From an uncultured Actinomycetota bacterium (GTDB lineage: Bacteria; Actinomycetota; Actinomycetes; Mycobacteriales; Pseudonocardiaceae): a stretch of DNA of 64,000 nucleotides. The stretch lies in assembly GCA_963840275.1 (NCBI GenBank), contig CAWIYK010000006.1:193075-257074 (forward strand). The letters run 5' to 3'. Below the pieces are notes generated by a model. It was not told the DNA's origin and did no database searches. It was given only the letters and a program-made list of their open reading frames with translations. The position numbers and the translations under genes are program-made. This document shows positions 63,988-64,000 of the stretch, piece after piece (within the stretch, counting starts at the first letter, position 1; the number at the start of each line of letters is the position of its first letter).

Positions 63988-64000
63988 GGGAGTGGTCCCT

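Overview
High-GC actinobacterial chromosomal DNA. A hand count of a typical coding line (26041-26100) gives 44/60 G+C. I support about 60 protein-coding genes. I found no rRNA, tRNA, CRISPR array, transposase or integrase. (1) 1-16.2 kb is a conserved core block collinear with the M. tuberculosis Rv2980-Rv2989 neighbourhood: Lrp-like, DUF3515, ddl, then an inserted MocR/PNPOx/cupin/sigK-rskA set, then gpsA, plsC-like, cofC/fbiD, ppk, mutT1-like, hupB, leuD, leuC, IclR. (2) 16.2-21.9 kb holds a 557-bp non-coding stretch with DnaA-box-like repeats, followed by a co-directional array of three large genes I cannot assign to any family. (3) 22-29.6 kb holds miscellaneous accessory genes (GNATs, a lipoprotein, a WYL regulator, a membrane acyltransferase) and a roughly 600-bp low-GC non-coding island. 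(4) 29.6-35.6 kb is a minus-strand array of an M4 protease, an M28 aminopeptidase and a GH18 chitinase. The two peptidases share a duplicated C-terminal chitin-binding module, and a DasR-box-like palindrome lies upstream. (5) 35.8-48.1 kb holds regulators (GAF-ANTAR, AraC), small membrane proteins, methyltransferases, two decayed genes and an orphan Xis-like HTH pair. (6) 48.1-64.0 kb is one tightly coupled minus-strand array forming a hybrid NRPS-PKS biosynthetic cluster. In transcription order it is: methyltransferase, A-T loading didomain with a proline-like specificity code, KS-AT-KR-ACP-C megasynthase, ureohydrolase, AstE-type deacylase, TauD oxygenase, nicotianamine-synthase-like enzyme, fused B12 glutamate-mutase-like protein, and last an archaeal-type prolyl-tRNA synthetase. 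The cluster runs off the right edge. It is my top candidate for an undescribed system; the 16.8-21.9 kb array is second. All family calls come from reading motifs by eye, since no searches were possible.
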